A program made the translations under genes and the position numbers. DNA of 64,000 nt from Sphyrna mokarran (taxonomy: Eukaryota), in the NCBI GenBank assembly GCA_024679065.1, contig JAGIQG010000016.1, positions 14,074,001-14,138,000 of the forward strand. Direction: 5' to 3'. Positions 27,101 to 40,574 of the stretch are shown in pieces. The notes beneath the pieces were generated by a model, which was not told the DNA's origin, did no database searches, and saw only the letters and a list, made by a program, of their open reading frames with translations. How positions within the stretch are numbered: position 1 is the first letter of the stretch; each line of letters opens with the position of its first letter.

Positions 27101-28025
27101 GACTGATTTCTATATGCTTAAACTATTTAAGTAAATTCGTGATCATGCCGATTTCCACTTGAAGATCACTCCTGGCCGTCTTGAGTAATGGATCAGTAAC
27201 GAAAAGCCAGTTGTTACGCTTTATTCCGCTGTTCATTTTTTGTTTGTGTGTTTTTGTATCTGTTATCGTCTTATTTGCTTGTGATAAACATTCACGAGGA
27301 TTATTGATTTTACTATTGTGACATGAGGCCATGCGATTCCATAGTCACGGTGTTAGTTTTTTGAAGAAGCCAATCATTTCAAACCACTCCAATTTCTACT
27401 CACATTGGACGAAACCTCCTTCCTTTTCAGACAGTAAATCAATTGTCATAGATAAACGCAAAATGTTACGGATGCTGGAATATTAGAGAAAAACAGAAAA
27501 ATGGTGGAATATCTCAGCAGGTCTGACAGCATTTGTGGAGAGACAATAGAGCCAATGTTTCGAGTCTAGAGATAACCCTACGTCACAACTGAGAAGAAAG
27601 AGAGAGAGAGCAGCGATTTATGCAATGTGGTTAGGGGCGAGTGGTGGAATTGCACAAAGTGAATGTCAATGAACATATACAATGCTAATTAGGTGTTGAA
27701 AGTTTCCATTAAGCGTTCAGTTAATGGCAAAACAAAGTCGCATTTTGGTAAAGGACTGCCTACGTAGTGTGGTAATCAGCCTGAAGAAGGAGTGTGGGAT
27801 AGAAAGGAGGGCGATAACATGGAAAATGGGATCAAATGAAAAGTAATCTAATTACATTTGAATAATTTGAGTGAAACGAACTCCAACGCGATTTTTTAGA
27901 AGACATTTGACCTTTTCAACCCGCTCACTGCATGAAAGTTTTCATTCACATCCCGGCCTTGCTGATTGGGTAATTAACTTATACATGCACGCCTTTGTTT
28001 TCGATTCTTCCACTCGTGGTATATA

Positions 28026-28370
28026 GGACGGCACAGTGGAACAGTGATTGGCATTGTTGCTTCAGCGTGCCAGGGACTCGTGTTCAATTCTGCCTTCAGT
28101 AACTGTATCGATTTTGAGCGTTGTCGCCGTGGGTCTCCTCCTGGTGCTTTCGTTCTCACTGTAACTGTCCTCCGGATGTTCGTGTTTTCTATTGTCCAAA
28201 GTTATACGAACTGGTTGGATTAATCATGCTAAACTGCCTTTCAGTGTCCGAAAATTACAGATTCGGAGATCTAGCTTTGGATAAAATCTGAGTAAAGCTG
28301 GATTGAAGGGTCAGTGCAGACCCAATGGACTAAATGGCCTCTCCTTCCATACTATAAGGATGCTTTGATT
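28026..28370 (+). mobile_element. Diverged HE1-type SINE
   Basis: ggacggcacagtggaacagtgattggcattgttgcttcag...gcagacccaatggactaaatggcctctcc. Confidence 0.75.
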
Positions 28371-28665
28371 GTGCTTATCCCCACGACATTCCCTTATTGA
28401 TTTGTTTGCATTTGCATCTTCATTTTCTGATAAGACTTTTGTGAGGATATTTCTTCACGTGCTATTATGTAACTAAAAGTTAAACGTTGACCAGTAGTGC
28501 AATGCCCCAGTATGACCAGATCCTTTAGGCCTCAAATCAACTTGGCGCTGTCATCATGTTATCCGGAAGTTCGCTTTTCAGTATGCATGGCTTGCTTACT
28601 TGAACTACCTTGTTTTGTCCGATTATGTTTTTTTTTTAATTTCAATGTGATCATTGGTTTTTCAG

Positions 28666-28701
28666 AGCTGGAAGTTTTGCAGAAGAAAATTAGTGGGTTA
28701 G
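28666..28701 (+). CDS. Coiled-coil microexon 9 (36 nt): ELEVLQKKISGL
   Basis: ttggtttttcag|AGCTGGAA...GGGTTAG|gtgagt. Confidence 0.88.
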   Translation, partial: SWKFCRRKLVG

Positions 28702-29452
28702 GTGAGTTGTTGGATCTGTAAGCTATTGGAAATCATACCTTTGCCGTCCAATCACTTACCACGCAGACTTGGAAATATGTCGGCCGTTCGTTCATTGCTG
28801 CTGGGTCAGTATCCTGCAATTCCCTTCATCGCAGCACTATGGGTGTGCCAACATCTTAGGGATTGCATTTCGCGAAGGCGGCTCAGCACCAATTTCTCAA
28901 GAGTTTGTCAGAATTGATAAAAAAAATGCTGATCAACCAGCAATGCCCACAACCCATCAATTGTTGTTTCTTTTGGAATTACTACTACACAGTATGCCAT
29001 TGTGGCATTGTGTTCCCGGTTTCCTTCATGGTCTCAATATAGTGACAAAAACCATGTATTAGCTAAATAAAATACATTTTGAAACATGTGACAATGTATT
29101 TAACCCCATCTCCATATTCGATTATTCATCCATTTATCGTTGAACTCTATAATAAAACCTCGAGGAGTCTAACGTTAATGCTTCCCCTGTATTATATTGC
29201 CGTTACCATTGCGATTTTTTGCATCCTTTTATTAGTGAGCACACTCAAAAAAGAGCAGCCTTTCATCCACCCTCACGTCAAGCCATTAGATCCGTTCTGA
29301 CTCGGCGAATGGTCGAACAACCGGATCAAATCGCTCTTTCGTGGCATTCAGCGATTTTTAAAGTCACTTGCGTGTGCAGTTACGTGCGCATAAGCAACGA
29401 ATTCAACGTCATGTCCACATTGAATACACGTCCTTGTTTTACAAATTAACAG

Positions 29453-29470
29453 AAGACAAGATAAAGGCTG
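29453..29470 (+). CDS. Coiled-coil microexon 10 (18 nt, shortened type): EDKIKA
   Basis: tccttgttttacaaattaacag|AAGACAAGATAAAGGCTG|gtgaga; fills the expected slot in the alternating pattern; acceptor weaker. Confidence 0.6.
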
Positions 29471-30799
29471 GTGAGAACGGAATTGTAATTTATTTGAGTC
29501 CAGCATTCGTATCGTTTGTTTGTATATATTGTTGTTTTTGTTCAACTGTCTTTTTGCTCTCCCATCTTGGATCCTATCAAAAACACTACGTCGTTTCACA
29601 AGCAGATCATTTTTCAGGAAAACTTATTTAAGGAAAGATACATTGTTCGAAAGGTTTTTCACAGGAGAACAGTGAAATATACATGTTTGAACAGATGAAT
29701 GGGTTAAGAATGTTGTACTTACGAAATAATCCAGATATTCACAGAGTTCACTCTGGAATTTCAAATCCAGATCCCTTCCCTCCGCTCCCATGAAGTAACT
29801 TCCGCCATTTTGTTGACGTATACGAAAGCAATTTCATACAGGAACCTCAAAGCGCAAAGGCAAACAGATGCTTATACTGCTTAATTTGTGAAGTATTATT
29901 TGCCGGTTATTATGGTATACCGTGCCAACAATGATTCAGATGTAATCAGCCATCCACAGAGTACACGGTTAACATGTCTCAATCTCCTTACTGGAAATTT
30001 GAAATTTACCGTGACTTTTAACCGCAAGCAGTAAGGTCAAATCTGATCCAGAAATCTATGGTTTCGAGCCACGGTCTGGCGACTTCAGGCAATGAGGCAG
30101 GTTGACTTTTCCAGTCCAATACTGCAAAAGGACTGTTGTATTCTCGGAGATGTCTTCAATCGGATTTAACATCGGATTTAGTTTCAGACTACCAATCATT
30201 GGGAGTGTCCTCTGACTTCGATGTTCCTGGTAGCGTGCGCTGATATACAGCTGCAATTGAAACTGCACAATTAAACGAGCTGATAGAAGCGCTGTGCTGT
30301 TTTTTTGAATATTGTGATAAGCCGATTAGCTGCCTCTTTTTGCTACATGATACCTGCGACTGCATTTAAAACAACGAATCCATTTAGTGCGGAGATTAAT
30401 AACAATTTACAAAATAGAAATTATGTTAGTCCTTGCCTTTTCGACCATAAGCTTATGCGGTCTTTGTTATTAATATAATTTTTGACGATCTGCAACTTGC
30501 GCCCGCAGCAGTATGAAAAATAAAGTGTCACAATCCGTGCTGTTTAAAAGTATTCGCATTTGTATAATTTAAACAGACGAAATAAGTCTTGAGAAACTGA
30601 GAGGTATGTGTTTCTTGTGCATTTTCCATGTTTAAATTTCCATTGGAGAGTGAGAGTCATTGGTTGTTTCTGAGCAGGAAGGCAGCATTGGAAATAAACG
30701 ATCAAAATGTGCAATTGTTGTACTTGCATCTGTTTCTTTTTTGGCGATAGTTAAATCCAGGACTGCTCTTCTGATCTATAGTAAAGAGCATTTTAATTA

Positions 30800-31120
30800 A
30801 GATAAGAAAGTCGGAACTTCCCAGGGTGGAAATGTCAATTTCTAGAGGATGTGCGATAAGATAAAAGGAGGAAAGTTTAAAAGAGTTGTGAGAGATTTTC
30901 TCTTTTGCGCAGAGGTTGTTGAGTACCTAAAACGCAATGTCAGAGGAGATGGTACAAACAGATACAAAACCAATGTTTAAGCAGCATTTTCCAGGTACAT
31001 GAATAAGAAGAAATAGTGGGAATCATATGTAGGCAAAATCTACTTAGTTCAGAGTGGCGTCATTTGCCAGCACAGGTTTAGCCGCAGGAGCTAACCCTGT
31101 CCTCGTGCTCTGTTCTATTA
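30800..31120 (+). mobile_element. CR1 LINE 3' end fragment
   Basis: ttcccagggtggaaatgtcaattt...ggaggaaagtttaaa...gcacaggtttagccgcaggagctaaccctgtcctcgtgctctgttcta. Confidence 0.7.
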
Positions 31121-31150
31121 TCCATTCCACGACAGGGCCTGACGCGTATA

Positions 31151-31228
31151 GGAATAAGAAAAGCAGCTTGACAAGCAAGATTGGGGTATGGAATAAGAAA
31201 AGCAGCTTGACAATCAAGATTGGGATAC
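31151..31228. repeat. 39-bp tandem duplication (3 mismatches)
   Basis: ggaataagaaaagcagcttgacaa(g/t)caagattggg(g/a)ta(t/c) twice. Confidence 0.9.
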
Positions 31229-32132
31229 GTGTCGTGAAAAAAAATCTCTACCAGTTTCTCAAAAAAAACGTGATTCGCTGTTTTATCCACTTTCGCTTGC
31301 AAAAATCCTTTTATATATTGTATTATATAATTCCCTTTCGGAAAGTGATTCCTGAAGTGTCTTAACATAGTTTCAAATAAAACATTCCCGGTGGTCAAAA
31401 TATGCTCCCTGTAAACAACAACGGTAAAAATATGAATATCCCGCCAAGAAACATTGTGAATTCAATTGTATTTTTCTGGTCATATTGATGCGGAAAGCAG
31501 TTACCGCAACCATTCCATAAAGCTCCGTCTCGATTTGAATAGATATTGATTCTGACAAATGACACATAAGTCTATTAAAAAAGAAACTGAGAATCCCGAG
31601 TAAGAACAGTCATTCCCTAAATCGACACTAAAACAATATAGCATGACTGGAAACAGCGAATTGTGGCAAATGTTCATTCTGAAACTTTATTCGAATGCTA
31701 CCAAATTTGGAGTTTGGGAAAGCAGTGAGAATGATTTAATTCGCCTTTCATATGATGCATAAACTAACAGAGCCGTTGGCAAACACCAGAAAATAGTCAT
31801 ATAGAAAAGTCCATTTGATCTGGCATGCATTTTGACAGAAGGGATATAGAAGCAGCATAACTTTAATAGCAGAGTAATGCAAGAACAGACAGAACAAGGG
31901 AGCAGGGATATCCTGTGAAGATGGCAGAATAATTTGACAGTAAGTAGCAACGTTATGATCAAAGGCATTGCGCATTCAACAAAGGAAATTTATGGTGCAC
32001 CATTCGAGAAATCTGGCCAGGCCCCAACTGGGGCATTGTTTTCATTATCGAGCACCACATTGTGGAAGTATGTGAACGTCCACGAGAGTGTGCAAAAGAA
32101 AACCAGAGCGTTTTGGTTCAGAGTTTGGTTAT

Positions 32133-32957
32133 ACAAAGAACAAAGAACAACACAGCACGGGAAACAGGCCCTTCGGCCCAACGAGCCCCCCGCCAACTCG
32201 ATGTTCCCGCTTCCATCCATGACCCTTGTCTACGTTTATAGAAATCTGCATTGGAACCAATTTAGCGAGACAATTTAGGGAGAATTTGTTTTGCCAATCA
32301 GCCTAAGAGCACATCTTTGGGGTGTGGGAGGAAACCGGAGCACCCGGAGAAAACCCACGCAAGCAAACCCAAATCCATGTATCTGCACAGCAACAGTGAT
32401 AGTCACTGAGCTGTCATGTTGCCCACCAACTGGTCCAGTTCAAGCGTACACTAACGATGTGAAGCACTAGACTACTCTCGAAAAATCCAAATCCTTCTCA
32501 TGACCCATCGCGTGTCTGCTCCTTGTTTTACCTCTAGGATAAAAGAGAAATATATTAATATCATACACAATTTACTCAATTCCCAGGGACGTCCCAAGGC
32601 TCATGATCCCTATTTTAAATCAGTCTTCTTTATCCCTCCATTCCTATTCTACTCATGTGCCAATCCGAACATCTCTTAAATAACTCCAGAGTGCCTGCCT
32701 CCACCACTTTACTTGGCAGTGCGTTCCATACCCCCACAACCCTCTGTGTGAAAAAACTCCCTCTAGCATCCAAATTATACCTTATCCCCCTCACCCTAAG
32801 CCCGTGGCCCCTCGTGATATTTGATTCCAGCCTAGGAAAAAGCTTACCACTGTTTACACTATTGTATACCTCTATTCGATCTCCTCTCAGTTTACAACTT
32901 TCAAAAGAAAACAACCCCAATTTGCCTAACATTTCCTCGTAACCCAGACCTTCCATA
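32133..32957 (-). mobile_element. CR1 ORF2 C-terminus + long 3'UTR containing a V-SINE body (chimeric element, copy 1)
   Basis: ORF 32630-32956 MEGLGYEEMLGKLGLFSFE...RGDRIEVY...FFTQRVVGVWNALP; 3'UTR collinear with 51536-52228. Confidence 0.85.
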
Positions 32958-34146
32958 TCATAAAAGACGGGATTGCATCTGTTTGCATTAGAGTAATGGC
33001 AGAAGATCCTGTAGAAATACTGGAGATTTTGACGAATGTTGATGAAGTAGTATAGAGAAAATGTTTCCGTCTGAATGATATCCCATAGGCAAGCAGAAGC
33101 CGACCTAACAGTCCGGCGCGTAACGCAGGGAGATTCGAGGATATTTCAGTATTCCTTAATCAATGAGTGGTAATGGGGGTGGTAGAAGAGGCGTGGTAGG
33201 CTAAAGATGGGCGACTTGTGAATGAAATGATCAGCCCTAACAGGACTCAACACTGCTGGTCTTTGAGAAGGTCAAAAGGACTGACCCGATTCATCTGTGG
33301 AGAGCCTATGGAGAGTCATTGACTCAATTACCTAAATGTCACCTTTTTCTTGCAAGAAATGCTATATCATCTCTGTCAACTCCACGTTTACCCTTCTCTG
33401 TTCGAAAGAGTAGAATCCAAGTTTTTGTAAACTCTCAAGATGACAGAAGTCTCAGGTCAAGTATTGGAAATAATCTCGGATACCCCGAGTGTTTGTGAAT
33501 TTTCTCTCTCAGATATGTAGTTTTGTCGCTTGCCTTCCGCAAAAGTGTGGTGTTTTGAAATCGGTTGATGCATGTGACCACCAACGAATTGTCTGGGTGG
33601 ATCACGGACAATATTCTTTTCACGGTAATGTAACGGAAAACAGTTTCGAATAATGATGATGAATGCATGAACATATAGAAACAAAGTGTAGACAATGCGA
33701 ACTTGTTTCTTCCTATTAACCGGTAATATAATGACAAATGAATGCAGATTTAAGATTTTAAGAGATATAGGTGCGCATACACACACATATTGAAAAAAAT
33801 GACTTTATATTTAATTTATGCATTCTAAAGAAGAAGGGTATTGGAGAACATGTATGCGGCTACGTACTATATTCCAATGCCCAACCCGACTGAACAAGCG
33901 GCATTGCCTATAAACGAATAACCATTATGTGTAGTATAATGTGCTGTCTTAGATTCGTTTCATCCCTCGAAAATGTATCGAAAGATTTAGTAGTTATAGC
34001 TGAGTGTAATACGACGAATTTTTTATATACTGCTGCTGTTGATACACTTGTCAGTTGTTGGATCACTATCCAACAATTAACGCGACCAAGGTACACACAA
34101 GTCGTAAATTTTTGTAATCGAGTATTTTTTTCTACTTATTTCACAG

Positions 34147-34182
34147 AGTTAGAGAAAATGAGGAATGAATGCCTAGCTTTAC
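34147..34182 (+). CDS. Coiled-coil microexon 11 (36 nt): ELEKMRNECLAL
   Basis: ttttttctacttatttcacag|AGTTAGAG...GCTTTAC|gtgagt. Confidence 0.88.
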
Positions 34183-37100
34183 GTGAGTGAACCCTGTGGA
34201 TCCTTGTTTGTGTTTGCAAGTCCTACACTCATTCACCTCAACTCTCTCCACCTCCACCACCCCCATTCACTGCAATATATTCGTGTTTTCCTATCTCCTT
34301 GATATTGTTTTTATTTTGGTTTCGTTCAGTCGTAAAAGGGGTGCTTGTCTGCGACTTGCATTTGACTCATCAAAATCACTCTCGCGAAATCAGCAACGTT
34401 TTGGTGATCACTAATCTTATCATTAATGTCAACATCACAAAAATATTTCAGGCTGCAGTGCCCTAATGGCACGCCTTCTATTTGGTTCACCGATTATTCC
34501 TTTGAAAATGATGTCGTTAGGCATACATTTTATATATTACAGTTGTGGACTTTTGATTGTAAAACCATTGCAGGTATATTCATCAGGAACAGCATCATAA
34601 TTAACAGCAGATTTCTCAGAATTTCTTGTTGCCAGGTTCTGGACATATTTATAGATTAGTACCTAATTCTGGCTTTGTCAGCGATCCTCAGGTACCAACA
34701 ATAAACTACAAAACAAAGTGACCGAAGAGAGTTTGAAATGTGCGTGGTCCAAGTGGAAATCTGTCACGCGAAAATGGACGGGTTTGAGGAATGGAAGAAA
34801 CCCAGATAGATGAAAATTTATGCAGATTAATTTACATCTGCAATGTTTATACATACAACAATGAGAGTCAGTAAAATAATACAAACAACATTTCGCACGC
34901 GGCTGCACAGTGGACTCATCGGACAATTGCCATACATATATGGTTGACAATGGCGGGGGAAGCTGCTGGAAACACAAACGGGGTTATTGGGCTGTATAAA
35001 CTGTAATCGAAATTGTCCGATGTGAGCAAGAGAGGGGAATTTAGCGCTCAACCAAATCTTTCATAGGGAGATCCAAAGAATCACAGCCCCAGATAAGGGT
35101 ACGAAATGCTGGTCAAGTTAAAAAGCCGAGAAAGAAAAGGATATTCTGAACCTTCATGAAACATTCTACTGCCCAATTGGACGAATAATGGTTTTAAAGT
35201 TCCGTTCTCCATGGGTTACATCTGGCTGCACATTTAAAGAGGTGCTAAACATCACCAGAGATATTATCTCAAGCGTGGTACAGGAATTTCCCTGGAAGTT
35301 CAAACTTTGGTTGCTAATAATTTTGCATAGAAAGCCATGGATAATGTGATCTAAATTGGGACTTCGATCCAGTCTCTTAGCGACAGAGTTATACAGTGTT
35401 ACGATGCAGAGGTTGATCCCCGTTTGAGACATAATGCTCTATCCTTCAAAAAAGAACTGTTCACCTCATAATCTTTTAAAATTAACGAATAAAAATACCG
35501 GGCACTCACTTAAAGTGAACATTTAACTTTTTTAAGGGAATTTTAACTAAACAAGGAACATATCGAATAAGATTCAAATGTATTCATGTTTAAATAAATG
35601 CAATGTCTATTCATTAATAAAAAAAATCAAATAACAGAAATTAGTCACTCTGAAAAAAATTACAACCAGGTTTTGCGTTTTTCGGAACTTCCTGGAGTTT
35701 CATGATTAATTCCATTGTATCTACATTCTTTCAGATTTGGTACATTTTACTGGTTACATGATGTCTTAAGGGATATCGGAAGCTGGCAGAGGGGAAAGCT
35801 GTTGTCTCCTTCTCGGAACTTGAGAGGTAGAAGTTGCTATATCCTAGTCCCCCCGCCCACTTACTTTTTATTTTATGCGTATGCTGACTTACCAATTTCC
35901 CTACAGTAGGATTGACATGATTTTGTCAACATTGTCAAATTCAAATATTACACTTCCGTGGTAACTGTGTGCCTGCTTCAAACTGATTGGTGATTGAAAA
36001 AGCTAAGAGGTTGGCTGATCAAAACTATGGCTTGACTTTTGATGCAAATGTTTCAGCTTGGATTCTGTGTGCTTTGCATTTTAAGCCTCCAAGCACTGAA
36101 ACAAACATTAGTTTTTAAAAGGACCACGCAATGTTTTTCGTTTCTCTCCTCCAGCATTTTCCAATTCTTTATATTTTTTAACATCAAATTGTAACCTCAC
36201 AAATTTACATTCGCCATAGCAGGCAAATTCGGAAGTAATAAAACCCCTTATGAATAACTATTTTGAAGTGACCACTAAAGCAACACAATCTCCAAACTTT
36301 AAGCCTGCAGTATTCCAATCCATAGAATGCGTTTTCAGCACTACTACCAACTAATACGCAATCAAGCGCCTGGCCTATCCGTCCTATTACATGCAGGACA
36401 AATAACATACACAGAGAAATCCTGATCACAAAAATCACCCCAGCATCATGACAACATTTCACTTCATTTGAAAACACCTTCTTCCAAAAACTACGCACCG
36501 GACTGCCCTGTAAATAACAGACAACGCACCCAACACGGCCAGGACCCGACCAACCACAAATTACCCTCCATCCGCAGTTGCAATGAACTCGTATCTCCAG
36601 TCTACGCCAGACCTCTTAACCAGACCTCTATCTAGGCATAAGATAGAGTGCCTTGCGCACAAATTTCACTCTACTGCACAAGGTAGATTTTGACATTTAC
36701 ATTGTGGTAACTTCCGGTTTGAACTTCTGAATCTGAGATTTGAACATATAAATATTCTAAACTCGGGTATACCGAAATAATGCATGAACATCTGGTGAAG
36801 AGAAATAAGTAACTTCTTTAACGGAATCACAGAACTAGAAAAGCAGAGTGCAGAAGGAGACCGATCTCCCAAATTTAAACGTGTTTGTTGTTTTATGAAA
36901 TAGTACAAACAGTGGAATTTTAACGGCGCGTAGGTCCAAGTTTCGTACAATACCGCTGGAGACCAATGGAGAATGCTGTCCTTCGAGTCCAGCCCGTCTA
37001 CGGAATCAAAGGCGGTGCCGGTAAAATTCCGGCCACAGTATCGGAGTTTGACCTGAAACTTGCAAGTCAATATTCCAATGGGGCATATCTAACAGCTTTA

Positions 37101-37573
37101 CACAATATTCAATCGCATCTGATGCCACGCACTGATGCTGCTAAATCGTTGCCTTCCTGCATCAATGTAATAAAATTATCCATTTATTGCTTTCTTGCGG
37201 ATCAAGCTACACTGCTATACCCTCATTGCTGTCTATGTCAATCTACTCCGCAACCCCTCCTAAAAATTCCAACGTGTGTCTTCCCGTAACGAAGCAATTA
37301 TCCTGCTGCACTTAAGAAGAGATTTTTGTACGTCATCATGACTTCATAATTTCAATTCTTCATAATGATTTAGAAATCTGATGGTCCCAGATATTTCTTT
37401 CAAGCATCAATATCAATTTGCCCTAACATCTTCAATGTATGAATTCCGTCCCCGATAGGTAAATGCTGCAAATATTTGCATTCAACGTATGATAACGGCG
37501 ATGTATTGAGAGACACAACTATTCATTTATTTTGAATAAATGTGCAATCATCATTTAAATATTCTTTGAACAG

Positions 37574-37600
37574 AAATGACGCTCAATCAGAAAGTGAAGG
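37574..37600 (+). CDS. Coiled-coil microexon 12 (27 nt): QMTLNQKVK
   Basis: attctttgaacag|AAATGACG...GTGAAGG|gtaagt; junction C+AA = Gln. Confidence 0.85.
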
Positions 37601-39708
37601 GTAAGTAAAGTAAATCACTTCGAAATCGATTTTGCGTTTTTTTTTATCACTGCCGTTTGAAAGCTTCTCAAAATTGGTTAAGCAATACATTATTTTGTAA
37701 ATGAAGGGCATTCAGAAAAATGCAGTGCATAAATGAAACAATGATGTATAGGAGGACCATTCATAAACGGCAGAAAGACAGGATGAAGTTAGAAAACAAA
37801 ACACCTGTTGAAACCTGTTGGGAATGTAAAGATTATCGCTTACGTTCCTGCAACTTTAATAGATAAAAATATAATAACTTGAGCATTGAACCGACTCCGG
37901 ACAATATTCTAAAAGAAAATAGCAATACGAATAAACCAGCCTTGCTGTTGAAAATTCATTTGTGCCAGTCGCCAGAAGACGGCAATGATTTCGGGCATTC
38001 CTTTCAGTTTAATGAGAAATCAATTACTGCAGAACATTTACACTATCTTAACTGAGACTACGTATATTAGAGGAAATTAACATATTAAAATTGGGGCAAT
38101 TGCCTACACCCAAGTTGTTCCTATTGAAATGATATTATTTCAAATGCATTTATCATAACCAGGGATAATTTTGAAATTCGGCAATTTTTGAGCAGAAAAT
38201 TGAATATAAAGTTATGTTATTTTAGAAAGCTTCGGCCAATCTACTATTTCTTTTGAAAGATAAAAGTACTTAATCATTAAATGTACGGTAAATGAGTACT
38301 TGTGCAGTTTGAACCCTTAAGGGAGACAATAGATACAAATAGGGTATCCAGAGTTAGCTTACGGTAAGAAATATGCAACAGGCCTGCTTCCCAAAAGGAC
38401 TGCCGAAATATCATTGATAAAGATGAATGTAAGAGATGAATATAGAAGATCAAAAGTCATCAAATCTAAGACAAATCCTTGAAGGAGAAAGATGATTAAT
38501 ACCTTGTACAAAACATATTACAAGTGAAATATATAATGGTTCTGCGACTTCGACGGTTCTCAGTAGCAATTAACGGTTCAAAAAGCACAGTAAAGATTTA
38601 TATTTGCTGATAACACAAATATTAATGCAGCGAAGGGAAAAGTTGGTAAAGAAATAATATGATGAAATAGATAAATGGAGTAACTGAGTAATCATAACTG
38701 TGGCAGTCAGCTTTTCAGGCAAAACAATGCTCATTCATTCGTATTGCATAATGATGATAGATGGCAGAAGTCCCAAATTGCAATATGCTCATACATTATC
38801 TTCAAGTGCCAAGAAGATTTGGCAATCGCTGAACGTCATTTTGAATGTTTAAAGGGCTGGAATGTACATGTGAAGATAGAAAGCTCGGTGTGTTGCTTCA
38901 TTTCCCCCAATCAAGAAGTGATATATTTCCCATTGGAAGATTGGAGCATAGGTCACACTATGTTACCAGGCATTAAACGAACTGGGCGAGAGGAGATTTG
39001 CGTTGCCTGGCCTTATATGGAATTCAAAATTTTAAGTGTAAATTCATTAGCTGTTTTATTTGTAGAAGGAGATTGATAGAGCGTATTTTCTAAATTGTGA
39101 CAAGTCACGAGAAAGGTTAAAAAAAATCCATAAAATTATCATATTCGAAAAGCAAGTAGTAAAAAAAATGCCTGCACTAACAGCTGACAGGAATGCGGAG
39201 CTGGGTCGCATTGCATGCTCAAATGGTCATTAATTAAGGTTAGGGGAGACTACCCCACAGGTAAATGCAAATTTCACTGATGTTGGCGAATTGACAAGTT
39301 CAGTACAACGTTCCAAAACATTGCTTATAAGCAACAACATGTGACCAAGATCAACATTTGATTTGATAAGTGGTAAAGATGATCCCGCCGCACAAAATTC
39401 AAAAAAGACAATTTTGGCAAGAGTGAATCAAAACTGACATTCACATTCAGCAGCAATATCAACGCTGACCCCCCACCACCGTCAAACACACTACTACCGG
39501 CCTCACCCCTCCCCCCCGGCCCCACTATACACACAAAGACACACGCACACGCATATACAAAACCCACACGATTCCATCCACCATCCCGGCATCACTTTAA
39601 GTTGCATGTGGAGAGTGAGGTTTGATGTTTCATGTTACATGCGTAAATAAATGCATCCGTCTCGTACAACATTTATCCCACAGAAATATTTCTCAATATC
39701 TTTCAGAT

Positions 39709-40560
39709 ATAAGAACACAAGATATTCAGCAGAATTAGGCCGCTCGGCCCATCGAGTCTGCTCCACTATTCAATCATGGCTGATATTTTTCCCGCATCAT
39801 TCTACTGCCTTTTCCACATAACCCCGATCGACTTATTAATCAAGAACCTATCTATCACTGTCTTAAAGACATTCAATCACCTGGCCTCCAAGCCTTCTGC
39901 GCAGAGTTGCACAGATTCATCATTCTCTGGCTTAATAAATTTCTCCTCTGGTTTAAAGGATCATCCCTTTAGTTTGAGGTTATACCATCTGAACTTGTTT
40001 TTTTTTCCCTACCAGCGAAAGCATGCAATCCATGTCCACTCGATCTAGGCCTCGCATTATCTTGTAAGTTTCAATAAGATCTCCCCTCATCCTTCTAAAC
40101 TCCACCGAGTACAGACCCAGAGTCCTCAATCGTTCCTCATATGACAAATATTTCATTCCAGGGATCATTCTTGTGAATCTCCTCTGGATCCTTTCCAAGG
40201 TCATCACTTCCTTCCTAACATGTGGGGCCTAAAACTTCTCGCAATACTCCAAATGGGGTCTCACCTGAGCCTTATACAATATTAGAAATACATCATTGTT
40301 CTTCTATCGTAACCCTCCAATCATGAATGTTAACATTGCATTTACCTTCTTAACTGCTGGCTGAATCTGCCCATTAACGTAAAAGGAATCTTGAATAAGA
40401 ATTCTTAAGTCCCTTTGAGAGTCTGATTTCCTCAGAATTTCCCCATTTAGAAAATAGTCTACGCCTCGATTCCTCCTTCCACAATGCGTAACCTCACACT
40501 TTTCCACATTATATTCCATCTGTCACTTATTTGTCCACTCTCCCACCTTGTCCACATTCT
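39709..40560 (-). mobile_element. CR1/HER1 LINE 3' fragment
   Basis: Minus ORFs MEYNVEKCEVTHCGRRN and LERIQRRFTRMIPGMKYLSYEERLRTLGLYSVEFRRMRGDLIETYKIMRGLDRVD. Confidence 0.92.
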
Positions 40561-40574
40561 TCGGTTGAACAGGG

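Noticed and set aside
30056-30268. Minus-strand 70-aa ORF with a possible acceptor
   Set aside because: No recognisable domain and no coherent chain of minus-strand exons
31151-31228. Short direct repeats as a possible CRISPR-like array
   Set aside because: Only two adjacent units with no spacers, in eukaryotic DNA; a simple tandem duplication
38260-38287. 28-nt AG...GTAAAT segment
   Set aside because: Breaks frame and has a TAA in the phase-1 frame
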